NCBI GenBank assembly: GCA_950097015.1
Contig: CATNEN010000038.1
Coordinates: 21,824,001-21,888,000 of the forward strand
From: Macrostomum hystrix
Lineage: Eukaryota; Animalia; Platyhelminthes
DNA length: 64,000 nucleotides
Reading direction: 5' to 3'
Shown here: one piece after another, positions 50,801 to 63,400 of the stretch
How positions within the stretch are numbered: the first letter of the stretch is position 1
Layout: each line of letters begins with the position of its first letter
The notes under the pieces: generated by a model
What the model saw: only the letters and a program-made list of their open reading frames with translations
Database searches by the model: none
Told to the model about the DNA's origin: nothing
Translations under genes and position numbers: made by a program

Positions 50801-51965
50801 GTCGGTGTCTCAGTCGGTGTCTCTGTTGGTGTCGGTGTCTCTGTCGGCGTCTCTGTTGGTGTCGGTGTCTCAGTCGGTGTCTCTGTTGGTGTCGGTGTCT
50901 CAGTCGGTGTCGGTGTCTCTGTTGGTGTCGGTGTCTCAGTTGGTGTCGGCGTCTCTGTTGGTGTCGGTGTCTCTGTAGGCGTCTCTGTTGGTGTCGGTGT
51001 CTCAGTCGGTGTCGGTGTCTCTGTTGGTGTCGGTGTCTCTGTCGGTGTCTCTGTTGGTGTCGGTGTCTCAGTCGGTGTCTCTGTTGATGTCGGTGTCTCT
51101 GTCGGCGTCTCTGTTGGTGTCGGTGTCTCAGTCGGCGTCTCTGTTGGTGTCGGTGTCTCTGTCGGTGTCTCTGTTGGTGTCGGTGTCTCAGTCGGTGTCA
51201 GAGTCTCCGTTGGTGTCTCTGTTGTTTTCGGAGTTTCCGTTGGTGTCGGAGTTTCCGTTGACGCCAAGGTCGTCTCAGCTACTGGAGCTGGTGATGAGTG
51301 CGTTGAATCGCTGTCTGATTCGGAGATTTGAGTTGAAGCTATTGTTGCATCGGTTGTCGATTTAAATGTGGTGTTGTCAACCGTTGCTGGTGCAGCAGTT
51401 GTTTCTGCGGCATTGGTCTCCGCTTGCGTAGTTGCTGTCTGAACTCCTGTTATATTTGTAGAAGCTTCGATTTTAAGCAAAGCAGTTTACAGTCTTCGCT
51501 CGTAAATGATTTTCAGCTCAGTTTTAATGTTTTCAAATGACGATGGTCTCAAAACTTTAACAAAGTTTTATTTTTTCTAAAGTCATATTTACAAGATATC
51601 TAATATATAGATATTTAGCTTCCACTAGAATCCGAGTATTTGAACCAAGTTTTGTCGAAAGTCAACAAAAGTTGAAGGCTAGGAAGAAATCGTTCAAATG
51701 GAGACGCCAACCATGGTTTTTGAGGATTTGTAATCCAATTAGATATGCTCACCTTAACGTTAAGGGAATTCAGATTTGAGCAATGGTAAGTTTAAAAAAT
51801 TGTCAAATTTTTTTCGATATTTCACACTTGGGGGGGGGCTAAATATTTAGTTAAATTTAGGTATATTAATTGATAAAACTACTCGTGGGATAATTGGTTT
51901 AACTTACGCAAATTTGTACCAAGCAAAGCAACGATGATAAGCGACAGCGAGACAGCTGGGCGCAT
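41843..51965 (-). CDS. MUC4-like membrane mucin, copy 1: signal peptide - (TETP)n PTS - EGFs - NIDO - AMOP-like - vWD - cadherin/Ig-like - EGFs - TM
   Basis: SP exon 51965-51908 [19 protein letters not shown]; PTS exon about 51446-48438; NIDO '[19 protein letters not shown]'; vWD '[10 protein letters not shown]...[14 protein letters not shown]'; cbEGF 'DINEC'; TM exon about 41981-41843. Confidence 0.88.
42845..42940. repeat. Near-perfect 96-bp hairpin (palindromic MITE-like or pre-miRNA-like)
   Basis: TTATGCTAGGCTTCCTAGTGCGTAAATAGTCT pairs with AGACTATTTACGCACTCGGAAGCCTAGCATAA; inner ACGAGTGCG/CGCACTCGT. Confidence 0.85.
43008..43112 (+). mobile_element. Degenerate truncated tRNA/CORE SINE
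   Basis: GCGTCGGACTCACGACTT...TGTGCCCTTTAGCAGGACACTTAACTCTGC. Confidence 0.75.
45590..45899 (+). mobile_element. Full-length tRNA/CORE SINE with (TTA)n tail and 7-bp TSD TTACTAC
   Basis: A/B boxes, CORE-like block, TSD at 45583-45589 and 45900-45906; empty site in the paralog at 57806-57812. Confidence 0.92.
49300..51260 (-). repeat. Coding 12/18-bp repeat encoding TETP / TETPTP
   Basis: Inside the PTS exon of mucin copy 1. Confidence 0.95.
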
Positions 51966-52100
51966 CGTTAAGGACTTGTTGACCGTATTTAGAATAGCTT
52001 ATTTATTGATAAATATATATATTAGATTTGCACAGGCTGCTGATTCTGTCCTAGAAATTTCTGACTCATCTCATTTCCTTGGCTATCCCTGTGGTTCGCT

Positions 52101-52109
52101 TTTATATAC
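52101..52109 (-). promoter_or_regulatory. Candidate TATA box (GTATATAAA) of mucin copy 1
   Basis: About 135 bp upstream of the ATG at 51965. Confidence 0.45.
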
Positions 52110-54422
52110 CGCACGCAACAACGCTCTATAGTCACACCACTGCACTCACTACCTGCATGCAATTCGGCTATTCTTCACCCTAATTGGCAGCCTCCAATTG
52201 GCCAAAATTACTGAATTAGTCTATTTTGAATAGTACAAAGTAAGTTTAGAGTCTTATTAGTAATTCACTCACTACTCATTCGGTGAGTGTTTAAAACAGA
52301 CCATCTGTTGTACCAACTCAAAAACGATGTCACAATGGACTGGAATTTTTATCTCTGCACCCACCTCTGCACTGCATGCTCGCTCTCAAGTATCATTGTG
52401 AATCGACCGTTTCTTCTTGAGCGAAGTTCTCTTTTCTTGTTTTTCTCTCTAGTATAAACTCACTTGCAGGTTTAATGGGTGGGCGTGCTATGAGCCGCAG
52501 ACATGAGCAAACAGTTGGAATGAGTTTCAGAGTCTACTCAGAACAGTGTTGATTCAGTTTCAGGAATGCATTTTCATCATTCATTATGTGCGTGGACCGC
52601 AGTGCAGAAGTGCAGACAATTAAAATTGTTTTTCGTTGAAGTATCAAAATTTTGTGTTCTAGATCAGGCACACATCGCATGGTCACACAAACAATTCTTT
52701 GGTAGATTTTAGCTACTAAGACGTGATGACAGTTAAAAAAACTCACTTGTCAAAGCGCTATGAAAGACAAAGTTTAATAACAAACCCTTTAAAAAACTAA
52801 AATGTTTTTTTTCAGAAACAGACTTAAAAAAAGGCTTTTTATGATTTCCCAGATTGCTTAAAAAATCGAGCAATTAGCATATACTCTATATAACGTTGTT
52901 TTTTGAGTTTATTGTAAACAACAGTGGAATTGTGATGTTTAAACGGACCGTGAGACAAAAATCTGCTCTTCGAAGCAGTTGCGCTAAAGACTAGTGGGGC
53001 ATTTAAAAGTGGCACGTTTTTCTCGCTATCGAAATAGTGCAAATTCTATTTTTAGTTCGAGTGGCAGACAAGCGGATGAAGGCTATTAAATTCTTGGAAA
53101 TAAACAACCCCAACTCCAGTGTGGTACTAAGCATTTCGGCTCTTTCAACAGTTTTTTGTCTACACCGACTATCAAAATAGAGTAGAAGAGAAGAAGCAAG
53201 CACAATGGAAGATAATGGTTTTCTAAGACGCTGCAATTAAAGACTTACTGAAGGTGAATTAAAGAGATGATCCGAGCAAGCGGGTTCAACACATAATTAT
53301 GCGAGTATATTGCGCCTGCCTTTGCAAGAATTCTCTGCGTGGTGCCGCCGCAGCACATTGCATTGAAGCGAGACTGCACACTTGAAAAAAATGGTGCGAC
53401 CTTTTCTATTTTGCGTAGAAAAATTTCAATTAGAATTCTAGTTAGGGGTAGAGCGATGCCCCTCTTTATGTAACAAGGTTGTCACTAGTAACTAAAGTGC
53501 GCCACTGTGCTTCTGACGTAAGTTTTAAAGAAATGTCAGGTAAGCAGAGGATTATTAAATAAATAAAGTGTCAAACTGCAGCAAAAAGTGAAATGAACTA
53601 CCTCACTAGTCGACATGCAGTCAACACTGCAAAGCAAAGCTAGTCAGCCGAGTCCATCCTTCTGAACTTCCTGTGACTTTGAACGAATCTGAAATTCTCT
53701 ATAAGAAGTGGCGCACGAACTTGTGACTTTTTAATAAAAAAATTTACGCAAGGACGACTATACGATTCGCCCGCCTAAGCAGACGATGTATAGCACCCTA
53801 AAAGTGCAGCGTCGGAATAAACGTTCTACTTAACGAAAGTATATTTTGTGTTACATAGAATATTATACGAGTAGATATTTTAAAAGTCATGGGCTTTTTT
53901 AGCTAACATACAGATGCTAGCTAGAGAAGTCCATGTATGGTTAGAAAATACAGCTAATAATCTTTTCTAAGCATGTACTAAGCACAATAAAACTGCGAAT
54001 TTGTGAATTATTCGTATATTTTTTTTATGAAAAAAAAACAAAAAATGTCATTCTAAATCCGTACTGATGTACATTAAGGTACAGTTCTATATCACAGAGC
54101 TGGTCAAACGAAAATTCGGTAATCGTTCGCAAAAAATTAAAAAGAACATCGGAATGATCACTTTAGCATGTTAAAAACTAATAGAGCTTTCTATAACAAC
54201 TCATTTAATTTGATCACTGATTATGCAAACTCGAATCTAGCTCCTAGCTTTGTAGCATAAAGGTCACCGATTCGTGACCCTAGCTGTCTATGAAAGTCAA
54301 CGCTAAGCAAGGTGCTGTGTGCCATGTGCCACACAGCATCGATTTATAAAGTGCCAGGTAAATTTTAGTTACGCTCTTATAGAGTAAAGCAAAATCACGC
54401 TAAAGTTTGAAACATTTACTGA

Positions 54423-57400
54423 TTACTGAGCGGCGGCAACTTCAACAAGTCCTTCAACTGGAGCGCTGGATCTGATGACCAGAACAATGCCTACGATGAC
54501 AACGGCGGCCACGACAACGGCGCCGACAACGGACAACGAGATTATTAGCGCCGTGTTGGCTGAAACATTGAAATAGTTCAGTTGCGTTTCTTGCTTCATT
54601 ATTGAAAAAATTTAAGTCAATCTAAACTGATTAGACCATTGACCATGGATTAGGAGACTGACTCACTGGAATCTGCACTACTGGCTACAGTGCTGGCGGC
54701 GTCGCTCACAGTCAGGACCTGCACGCAGGCCCCGTTCAGCGCGATCTTGTTCATGGGACAGGCGCAAGTGTAGCTACCGACTGTGTTCACACAGATGTTG
54801 TCACCACCGCACGGGTTGGTGCTAGAGACCGTGCACTCGTTGATGTCCTAAATCATCGAGAAGAATATAGTACCGTTGCGTATAAATTAAAATGTTTAAA
54901 ATATTATTTGACAAATATATATTATGGTGAGCAGAAAGTAGAAATACAGATCGACGTTAAAAAATTGAACTTTGGCAACTATGCTTACTGTGACGATTGA
55001 AAATGCAGACTGAAACCAGCATGAGTAAAAAAGTAAACAATTTCTGCTCCATGACAGTACACCGACACACTTATAGCTACCTTCTGAATCGAAGACAACA
55101 AAGGATTCGCAAAACTTAAGCGGCTTTATTCTCCCACCTGACATTTGTAGAGCGCATTCAGTGCGAAGCTCGATTGCAGACAGGTGCACATTTTGGACCT
55201 GTTGGTGTTCACGCCTAACTGGATGTTAAAAAACTCTTTAAAACGTGCAATTCCTTTAAGCGGGTTGTAGCCTACGGTAAGAGCCTATGACTCACGACTT
55301 AAAGGTGGAGGGTTCGATTCCCGACTCAACTGGAACCATTTGTGCCCTTTAGCAGGACACTTAACTCTGCCTTTGCACAGTTTTCAGAGTCCTCTAAATT
55401 TTAGAGAAATATGTAAGTTTAGGAAATGGAATTTAAAACAAGTTAAAAACTACATATCAAAAGAATCGCGTCAATAGTCAAATAAAAGACATCGAAGCTC
55501 GAAGGCTCTCAGTGACAAACCTGACACTCGTAGAGCGCATTCAGTGCGAAGCCCGACAGCGGACAGGTGCAAGTGTAGGACCCGTTGGTGTTCACGCAGG
55601 TCTGGTTCTGGTCGCTGCGGCATCGATTGTCGCCAGTCAGGCACTCGTTGATGTCCTCGCAGCGGCTGGAGTTGCTGGGCGACACGCGGAATCCGGGCGT
55701 GGTGCAGTTGCAGCGGTAGCCGGGGGCCAGGTTGGTGCACTCTTCCTGGCAGATACCGGGGGTTTCCAGGCACTCGTTGGTGTCTGAGCACGCAGATTGT
55801 GGAGGATGGAAAACGTCACGTTAACTATTGAATACAGCCAGTGAATGCGGAAGGGGGGTAAAAACGGTTTGCGCTCACCCTGGCACACCTGTCCATCCCC
55901 CACCATGCCGGAGGGGCAGCTGTCGCAATAGTAACTGCCGTTGGTGTACATGTGGCACATTGTGGCGTTGTAGCAGGGATTCGGTTGAGCAGAACAGGGC
56001 GACACCTCACAACGATCGCCTTGGTAGCCTCTCGGACAGCTGCACTGGGCTCGATAGAAATTCTCTGAAAACATTGATCGCAGTTTTTGGACTTCATAAT
56101 AAAGCATAAAATGTTTATTTTTAAGTGCTGCGACGCCACGTGCTGTTGCAGAAAAGTAAAGTAAATAAAAAGCCAAAACTTAATTGTTTGAAACATAATA
56201 CTTTGAAATCTTGAAACGTGATATACATTCAAATCGTAAGCCAGAAAAGCTTTTATGCTAGTTTGACGCTATTAATCGAAATGATTGCTTCATAATAAAG
56301 TTGGCAAATGGTAAAATTTACAGAAATCATGTACATAGCAATATTTATTTATTTTCTCATACCGCCTGCAGAGGACGCCCCTGATGTGTAGTTAAAGTTG
56401 TAAGTGGCGTTATTCAAACAGTTTACGTAGAAAATAACAGGTGTCCAGGTTGTGGGCGCGCCGACCGAGTCTGTCGCCACAATAGTCAAGTTGAATGTGC
56501 TCAGCGTTGCGGGAACTTGCCACAACAGCACATTGCCGACGAGCCACACAGATGTGTCGTTGCTGGGCTGCTGGATGGCCAGGGTGATCGGATTTCCGTC
56601 TCTGTCCGTCACATTGATGCTCAGGTTGAAGGTCATGTAAGCGAACACTGTGATGCTCGCCGGCATGCTGAACTCAGGGGCCGTGTTCGACGCCACTGCT
56701 TTGGCTGACACCTCCTGGCTGACGGCAAGAGACGCCTCCTGAGCTGCGTCAAGAGACTGCAGCTGAGCAGCGTCGTACATGCAGCTCAGGTAGATTGACT
56801 GCACAGTGTTCCAGCAGGTCTGCGCAAGGTTGTGAGGATTTGGGAGTAATTTTAATTGTTTGTGAATGACATAATGACAAAATATGACATTATATCTGTG
56901 CGTCAAGTGTTCTAATTGGAACTAATAAAAGTGGAAGCTCACCTTGTTGGCAGCACTCATGAGATCTGAGTTGTTGTGAAACAGAACCAGAAGGTTGTCT
57001 TTGTAGTCCTCGACGAACACCGGAACGAAGGACATGTTGCAGTAGTTGGCCCGAGTCTGGCCTGAAGGGTACGGGAAGTGGCTCGCATCAGTAGACAGAA
57101 GAGCCCAGCTCTGACCGAATTCAAACAGCTGGCGCTCTGAGCTGTTTCCTGGCAGAAGGGTGCCGTTGCGAAGCTTGAAGTCGTCTGTGCTGTTGCCGTT
57201 AAAGTTGCCCATCAGTCCTTCAATGCCGTTCGCGTGGCGCTGTTGGTTGAGCTGCACAGTAGTCTGCAGCAAGCTGAGCACTCTGGTGACGGTCAGCGAG
57301 AAGCCCGTGTCCGACTCGCTGATGGTGATGCTCTTGTTGTCGCTGGACTTCAGGCTGTAACGCTCAATGGTCGTTGCGTTCTCCAGACCAGAAAAGTACG

Positions 57401-60400
57401 TGAGTACGCTGCCGAGCAGCTCATTGTCCTTGTACACGTCCAGGTCGTTGGTGCTGGCGTTAAGAAGCACAGCGATTGAGCAGTTGTTGGATCCCGCCTT
57501 AAGTGCAAAGCCGGTAAACACAGTCGCCGATGCGGTGACATTCGGGTTGACAGACTTTGCCAGACCCGTGCGAGCCTGAAACTCCAGCATGGGAGCGCTC
57601 AGAGAGCTGTTTCTCAGCATGAAGTACTCGCACAGGCCGTTGAAAGAATAAGTGGTTCCGTCGATGGTGCTGATGTGAGGGTCACCGCGATTGAAACCTG
57701 TTAATTCCAATACATTAGTTTTTTATCTTTTTTACACTTTTATCATATATTTTCATAGTCTATAGAACTGCTAGATCTTGCGACACAGTCATACATTTGG
57801 GTTCTTTACTACGAGTACAAAACAAGTTGCCTGAAAATGGATCAACTCACCCCACGCTGGTTCCGTGTAGTCTTTGCTGTTGCACCTTGGCCGTAGTTTT
57901 TTGTATGCTGAAATCATCTTGCCGGCTGTGCAAACCTCGTAGCCGTAGGTCTCGTTTCGAAGCTGTTCGTCGTATCTGATCCAATACCAGTAGTTCACAT
58001 TGGTCCGTTCGAGAATCATGCTATGACCGGCTCCTTGAACTGTACTTTGAATCAGAAAACCACCTAAAGTAGTGGATTGAAAGAAAAAAAGCGATAAAAG
58101 TTGGTACGGTTTGTACGAGCTTAGCAGGATTGTAGGAATAAAGGACAGCCAAAAGTCACCCTCTCACTTTGTCTTCTTTCGAACATGATGTTTCGCATGA
58201 GCCACCGCATGGTCCACACGGAGTAGCCGGCGTTGCAGTAGTCCACCAGCTGACCGTCTTTCTTCCAGTTCACATTCAGCTTGTAACAGCATCTCGGTGC
58301 GGCATAGAACTGACAGCGCATGTACAGGTTGCAGTACCAGCTCCACCAGGGATACGGACAAGCGGGAGCTGATGCAAAGTCCTGCACGCACTCATAGCTG
58401 CCCTGGAAACACATTTTGAGCTCGTAGGTGCCCTTGGAGTTCTCGTTCTTTTTGTCGCACGTGTACTCGTACGGCCAGTAGCGCCAGTCCAGTACGGCTT
58501 GTCGCATGTCTCTCGGACAGGTGCGGCAGCTCAGCTGTGCTGTGAGCGGTCTGGTGCGTTCGTTCTCGATCCAGTTTCGACATTTCATCTTGTTGCTAGG
58601 AGGAATAGCATTGGCCATCACCAGGACGTGACGACCGCGCTTGCCGACATTGCCCATGACCATATTGTCGGTGATGTAGCTGCTGCGCCACCAGTAGTAG
58701 CTGAAGGGCAGTGTGGAGAACTTCTGGTAGCCGTCGGTGAAGCCTGCCGCGACGTAGTAGTAGTACCAGCGCCACTCGCTGAGCTCGAACTGGCCGTAGT
58801 TGAAGATGACGAACGAGTGCGTCTCGTTTCTCGTAACGATCGCTTGGAAGCTGATGTACTGTCATTTTGCATCAGGAGATAAATGAGAATCATGAGTTGT
58901 GATAATTCGAGTTGGATTTTTTACAGCACCTTGAAAGCTCTTAAATTGTTAAGCTCTGAATCAACGCACAGATTAACTTAATCGCCAATTTTTTCCGTTA
59001 AATAGGGCCGTATTCCATCATGTGATAAACCAAAGAAGAAAATAATTGAAATAAGTTTACCTCCTTCCTAGAGTCGCAGTACCGACAATAGAAGCTCGCC
59101 CAACTATGTCCCATCTGTCTGTAGTAGTAGTTGCAGTAGTAGCAATACCAATCATAGAAGTTGTAGGGCTGCATCTTGTGCCAGGTGACGATGAGAGCAT
59201 TCAGCGGCTTGTAAGTAGCACCTCCGCCGTAGCCTGTGATGATCTCCACGATCTTCTTCCAGTTGACCGTGTTGCTGTGTTGGGAGCTGTCCAGAAGCTC
59301 GTAGTACACAGCCGAGTCGTTGTAGGCGAACGAGTACCTGTAAGACCAGTAAGGGAACACCATCGGCTTCACCAGGTAGGTGTACCAGGTGGGCCAGTCC
59401 AGCTGGTAGGGCGGGTCGGTGAATGACAGGTAGCCATCTTTGGAGATCTGCAATGCATGATAGCTTTTGATTTTAGTGTCGCAATGTACGAGAATATCTG
59501 TAAAGCCTTTCCGCTATTTTGAAGCTTACAAAATGCATTGAGGCGCACGGTAAGAACATTTATAAACCAACAGGGACCCGCTACAATACCTTGCAAACGG
59601 TGCTCTCTCTATCGCCAATGATAAATGGCACTTCAGTCTCAATAGTTGCAAAGCTGATTGTGTAGTAGTTAAAATCACTTGCTGTCAGCTTCGTGCCGTT
59701 GTCAGTTGACAATGTCATCAGCTCTGTAAAACAAGTTTAGATTTCACTGATCATCCTAAATGGAGACGTTTTTAATTGTTTTAAACAGGATTGTATGTAA
59801 CATTTTCTGATTAGACACGAAAGTCAAGGTGCAGCGTGTTCTTCGAACTAGTTATTATCGAAGATAATAATACTAGTTACTATCTTAGTATTCAAAGTAA
59901 AAATACTATCTTAGTAGTTCGAGTTTTTCATGTGCTCACCGGTGCATGTGTACCCGTCGCCATAGTAACCGGAGCGACACGCGCAGGAAAAGGAACCCGG
60001 AGTGTTGGTGCAGATCGCGTTCACGTTGCAAGGCGAGTTGCTGCACTCATTAATGTCTATGGGAATGGGAGCAGATAATGTGGCATCTGATTATCTGTAT
60101 TAAAAATCTTCAAATATGCCAAATCAAACTGACCCGTGTTGCAGGTAGCACCGGTCCATCCAGTGGGGCAGACACATTGGAAAGCATTCACTCTATCAAT
60201 GCAGCTGCCTCTAACGCAAGGGCTTGTAGCGCACTCGTTTATATCTGAGGACATCAAATAAATCAATTAGATAAAAGAATACTTAAGCAAAACATCAACT
60301 GATGGGAAGAGTTCAAGGCGTTTGATAAAACTTTTAACAGTGCATCTAAAACAATAGCATCTCACCTGTTTCGCAGAGAGTACCATCGAACCCTGGGAGA

Positions 60401-63400
60401 CAAGTGCATGAGAAGTAAGTGCGGGTCGGAGCACACGAAGCATCATTTTTGCAAGGCGAAGTGTTGCAAAGCTGCGAGACATCAACAACTACCTCACCAC
60501 TCGCAGTGGTAGCTAGAATGGCTAGAATGGTGGGCGAAGTTACGAATGCAGTTCCCACCGAAGTTGTCGGGCGCACTGTTTGACCAGCAGTGGTTGTTTG
60601 TGGTTGCGTTACAACTGCCGAAGTCGTTCCTCCAGCGGTGCTCGAAGCCATCGCTTGGGGCGAGGCAGCCGTTTGTGGCGGAGTTCCTCCAGCCGTGCTC
60701 GAAGCCATCGTTTGGGGTGGAGCAGTCGTTTGTGGCAGTGTTCCTCCAGCCGTGCTCAGACCTGTTGTTTGGGGCGGAGCAGTCGTTTGTGTCGGAGTTC
60801 CTCCAGCCGTGCTGAGACCTGTTGTTTGGGGCGGAGCAGTCGTTTGTGGCGAAGTTCCTGCCGCCGTGCTCAGACCTGTTGTTTGGGGCGGAGCAGCCGT
60901 TTGTGGCAGTGTTCCTCCAGCCGTGCTCAGACCTGTTGTTTGGGGCGGATCAGTCGTTTGTGGCGAAGTTCCTCCAGCCGTGCTCAGACCTGTTGTTTGG
61001 GGCGGAGCAGTCGTTTGTGGCAGTGTTCCTCCAGTCGTGCTCGAGGCCATCGTTTGGGGCGAGGCAGTCGTTTGTGGCTGTGTTCCTCCAGCCGTGCTCA
61101 GACCTGTTGTTTGGGGCGGAGCAGTCGTTTGTGGCAGTGTTCCTCCAGCTGTGCTCGAAGCCATCGTTTGGGGCGAGTCAGTCGTTTGTGGCAGTGTTCC
61201 TCCAGCCGTGCTCGAAGCCATCGCTTGGGGCGGAGCAGTCGTTTGTGTCGGAGTTCCTCCAGCCGTGCTCAGACCTGTTGTTTGGGGCTTAGCAGTCGTT
61301 TGTGTCGGAGTTCCTCCAGCCGTGCTCAGACCTGTAGTTTGGAGCTGAGCAGTCGCTTGTGGCAGTGTTCCTCCAGCCGTGCTCAGACCTGTCGTTTGGG
61401 GCGGAGCAGTCGTTTGTGGCAGTGTTCCTCCAGCCGTGCTCGAAGCCATCGTTTGGGGCGAGTCAGTCGTTTGTGGCAGTGTTCCTGCCGCCGTGCTCAG
61501 ACCTGTTGTTTGGGGCTTAGCAGTCGTTTGTGTCGGAGTTCCTCCAGCCGTGCTCAGACCTGTTGTTTGGGGCGGAGCAGTCGCTTGTGGCAGTGTTCCT
61601 CCAGCCGTGCTCAGACCTGTTGTTTGGGGCGGAGCTGTCGTTTGTGGCAGTGTTCCTCCAGCCGTGCTCGAAGCCATCGTTTGGGGCGAGTCAGTCGTTT
61701 GTGGCAGTGTTCCTCCAGCCGTGCTCAGACCTGTTGTTTGGGGCGGAGCAGTCGTTTGTGGCGAAGTTCCTGCCGCCGTGCTCAGACCTGTTGTTTGGAG
61801 CTTAGCAGTCGTTTGTGTCGGAGTTCCTCCAGCCGTGCTCAGACCTGTTGTTTGGGGCGGAGCAGTCGTTTGTGTCGGAGTTCCTCCAGCCGTGCTCGAA
61901 GCCATCGCTTGGGGCGGAGCAGTCGTTTGTGGCAGTGTTCCTCCAGCCGTGCTCAGACCTGTTGTTTGGGGCGGAGCAGTCGTTTGTGGCAGTGTTCCTC
62001 CAGCCGTGCTCAGACCTGCTGTTTGGGGCTTAGCAGTCGTTTGTGTCGGAGTTCCTCCAGCCGTGCTCAGACCTGTTGTTTGGGGCTTAGCAGTCGTTTG
62101 TGTCGGAGTTCCTCCAGCCGTGCTCAGACCTGTTGTTTGGGGCGGAGCAGTCGTTTGTGTCGGAGTTCCTCCAGCCGTGCTCGAAGCCATCGCTTGGGGC
62201 GGAGCAGTCGTTTGTGGCAGTGTTCCTCCAGCCGTGCTCAGACCTGTTGTTTGGGGCGGAGCAGTCGTTTGTGGCAGTGTTCCTCCAGCCGTGCTCGAAG
62301 CCATCGTTTGGGGCGAGTCAGTCGTTTGTGGCAGTGTTCCTCCAGCCGTGCTCAGACCTGTTGTTTGGGGCGGAGCAGTCGTTTGTGGCGAAGTTCCTGC
62401 CGCCGTGCTCAGACCTGTTGTTTGGAGCTTAGCAGTCGTTTGTGTCGGAGTTCCTCCAGCCGTGCTCAGACCTGTTGTTTGGGGCGGAGCAGTCGTTTGT
62501 GTCGGAGTTCCTCCAGCCGTGCTCGAAGCCATCGCTTGGGGCGGAGCAGTCGTTTGTGGCAGTGTTCCTCCAGCCGTGCTCAGACCTGTTGTTTGGGGCG
62601 GAGCAGTCGTTTGTGGCAGTGTTCCTCCAGCCGTGCTCAGACCTGTTGTTTGGGGCTTAGCAGTCGTTTGTGTCGGAGTTCCTCCAGCCGTGCTCAGACC
62701 TGTTGTTTGGGGCTTAGCAGTCGTTTGTGTCGGAGTTCCTCCAGCCGTGCTCAGACCTGTTGTTTGGGGCGGAGCAGTCGTTTGTGTCTGAGTTCCTCCA
62801 GCCGTGCTCGAAGCCATCGCTTGGGGCGGAGCAGTCGTTTGTGGCAGTGTTCCTCCAGCCGTGCTCAGACCTGTTGTTTGGGGCGGAGCAGTCGTTTGTG
62901 GCAGTGTTCCTCCAGCCGTGCTCAGACCTGTTGTTTGGGGCTTAGCAGTCGTTTGTGTCGGAGTTCCTCCAGCCGTGCTCAGACCTGTTGTTTGGGGCTT
63001 AGCAGTCGTTTGTGTCGGAGTTCCTCCAGCCGTGCTCAGACCTGTTGTTTGGGGCGGAGCAGTCGTTTGTGTCGGAGTTCCTCCAGCCGTGCTCGAAGCC
63101 ATCGCTTGGGGCGGAGCAGTCGTTTGTGGCAGTGTTCCTCCAGCCGTGCTCAGACCTGTTGTTTGGGGCGGAGCAGTCGTTTGTGGCAGTGTTCCTCCAG
63201 CCGTGCTCAGACCTGTTGTTTGGGGCTTAGCAGTCGTTTGTGTCGGAGTTCCTGCCGCCGTGCTCAGACCTGTTGTTTGGGGCTTAGCAGTCGTTTGTGT
63301 CTGAGTTCCTCCAGCCGTGCTCAGACCTGTTGTTTGGGGCGGAGCAGTCGTTTGTGTCGGAGTTCCTCCAGCCGTGCTCGAAGCCATCGCTTGGGGCGGA

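Noticed and set aside
48491-51331. 946-aa VGVSVG ORF and Cys-rich ORF on + strand
   Set aside because: Antisense shadows of the TETP mucin exon
53580-53665. Possible signal-peptide exon for mucin copy 1
   Set aside because: In-frame stop; a better exon exists at 51965-51908
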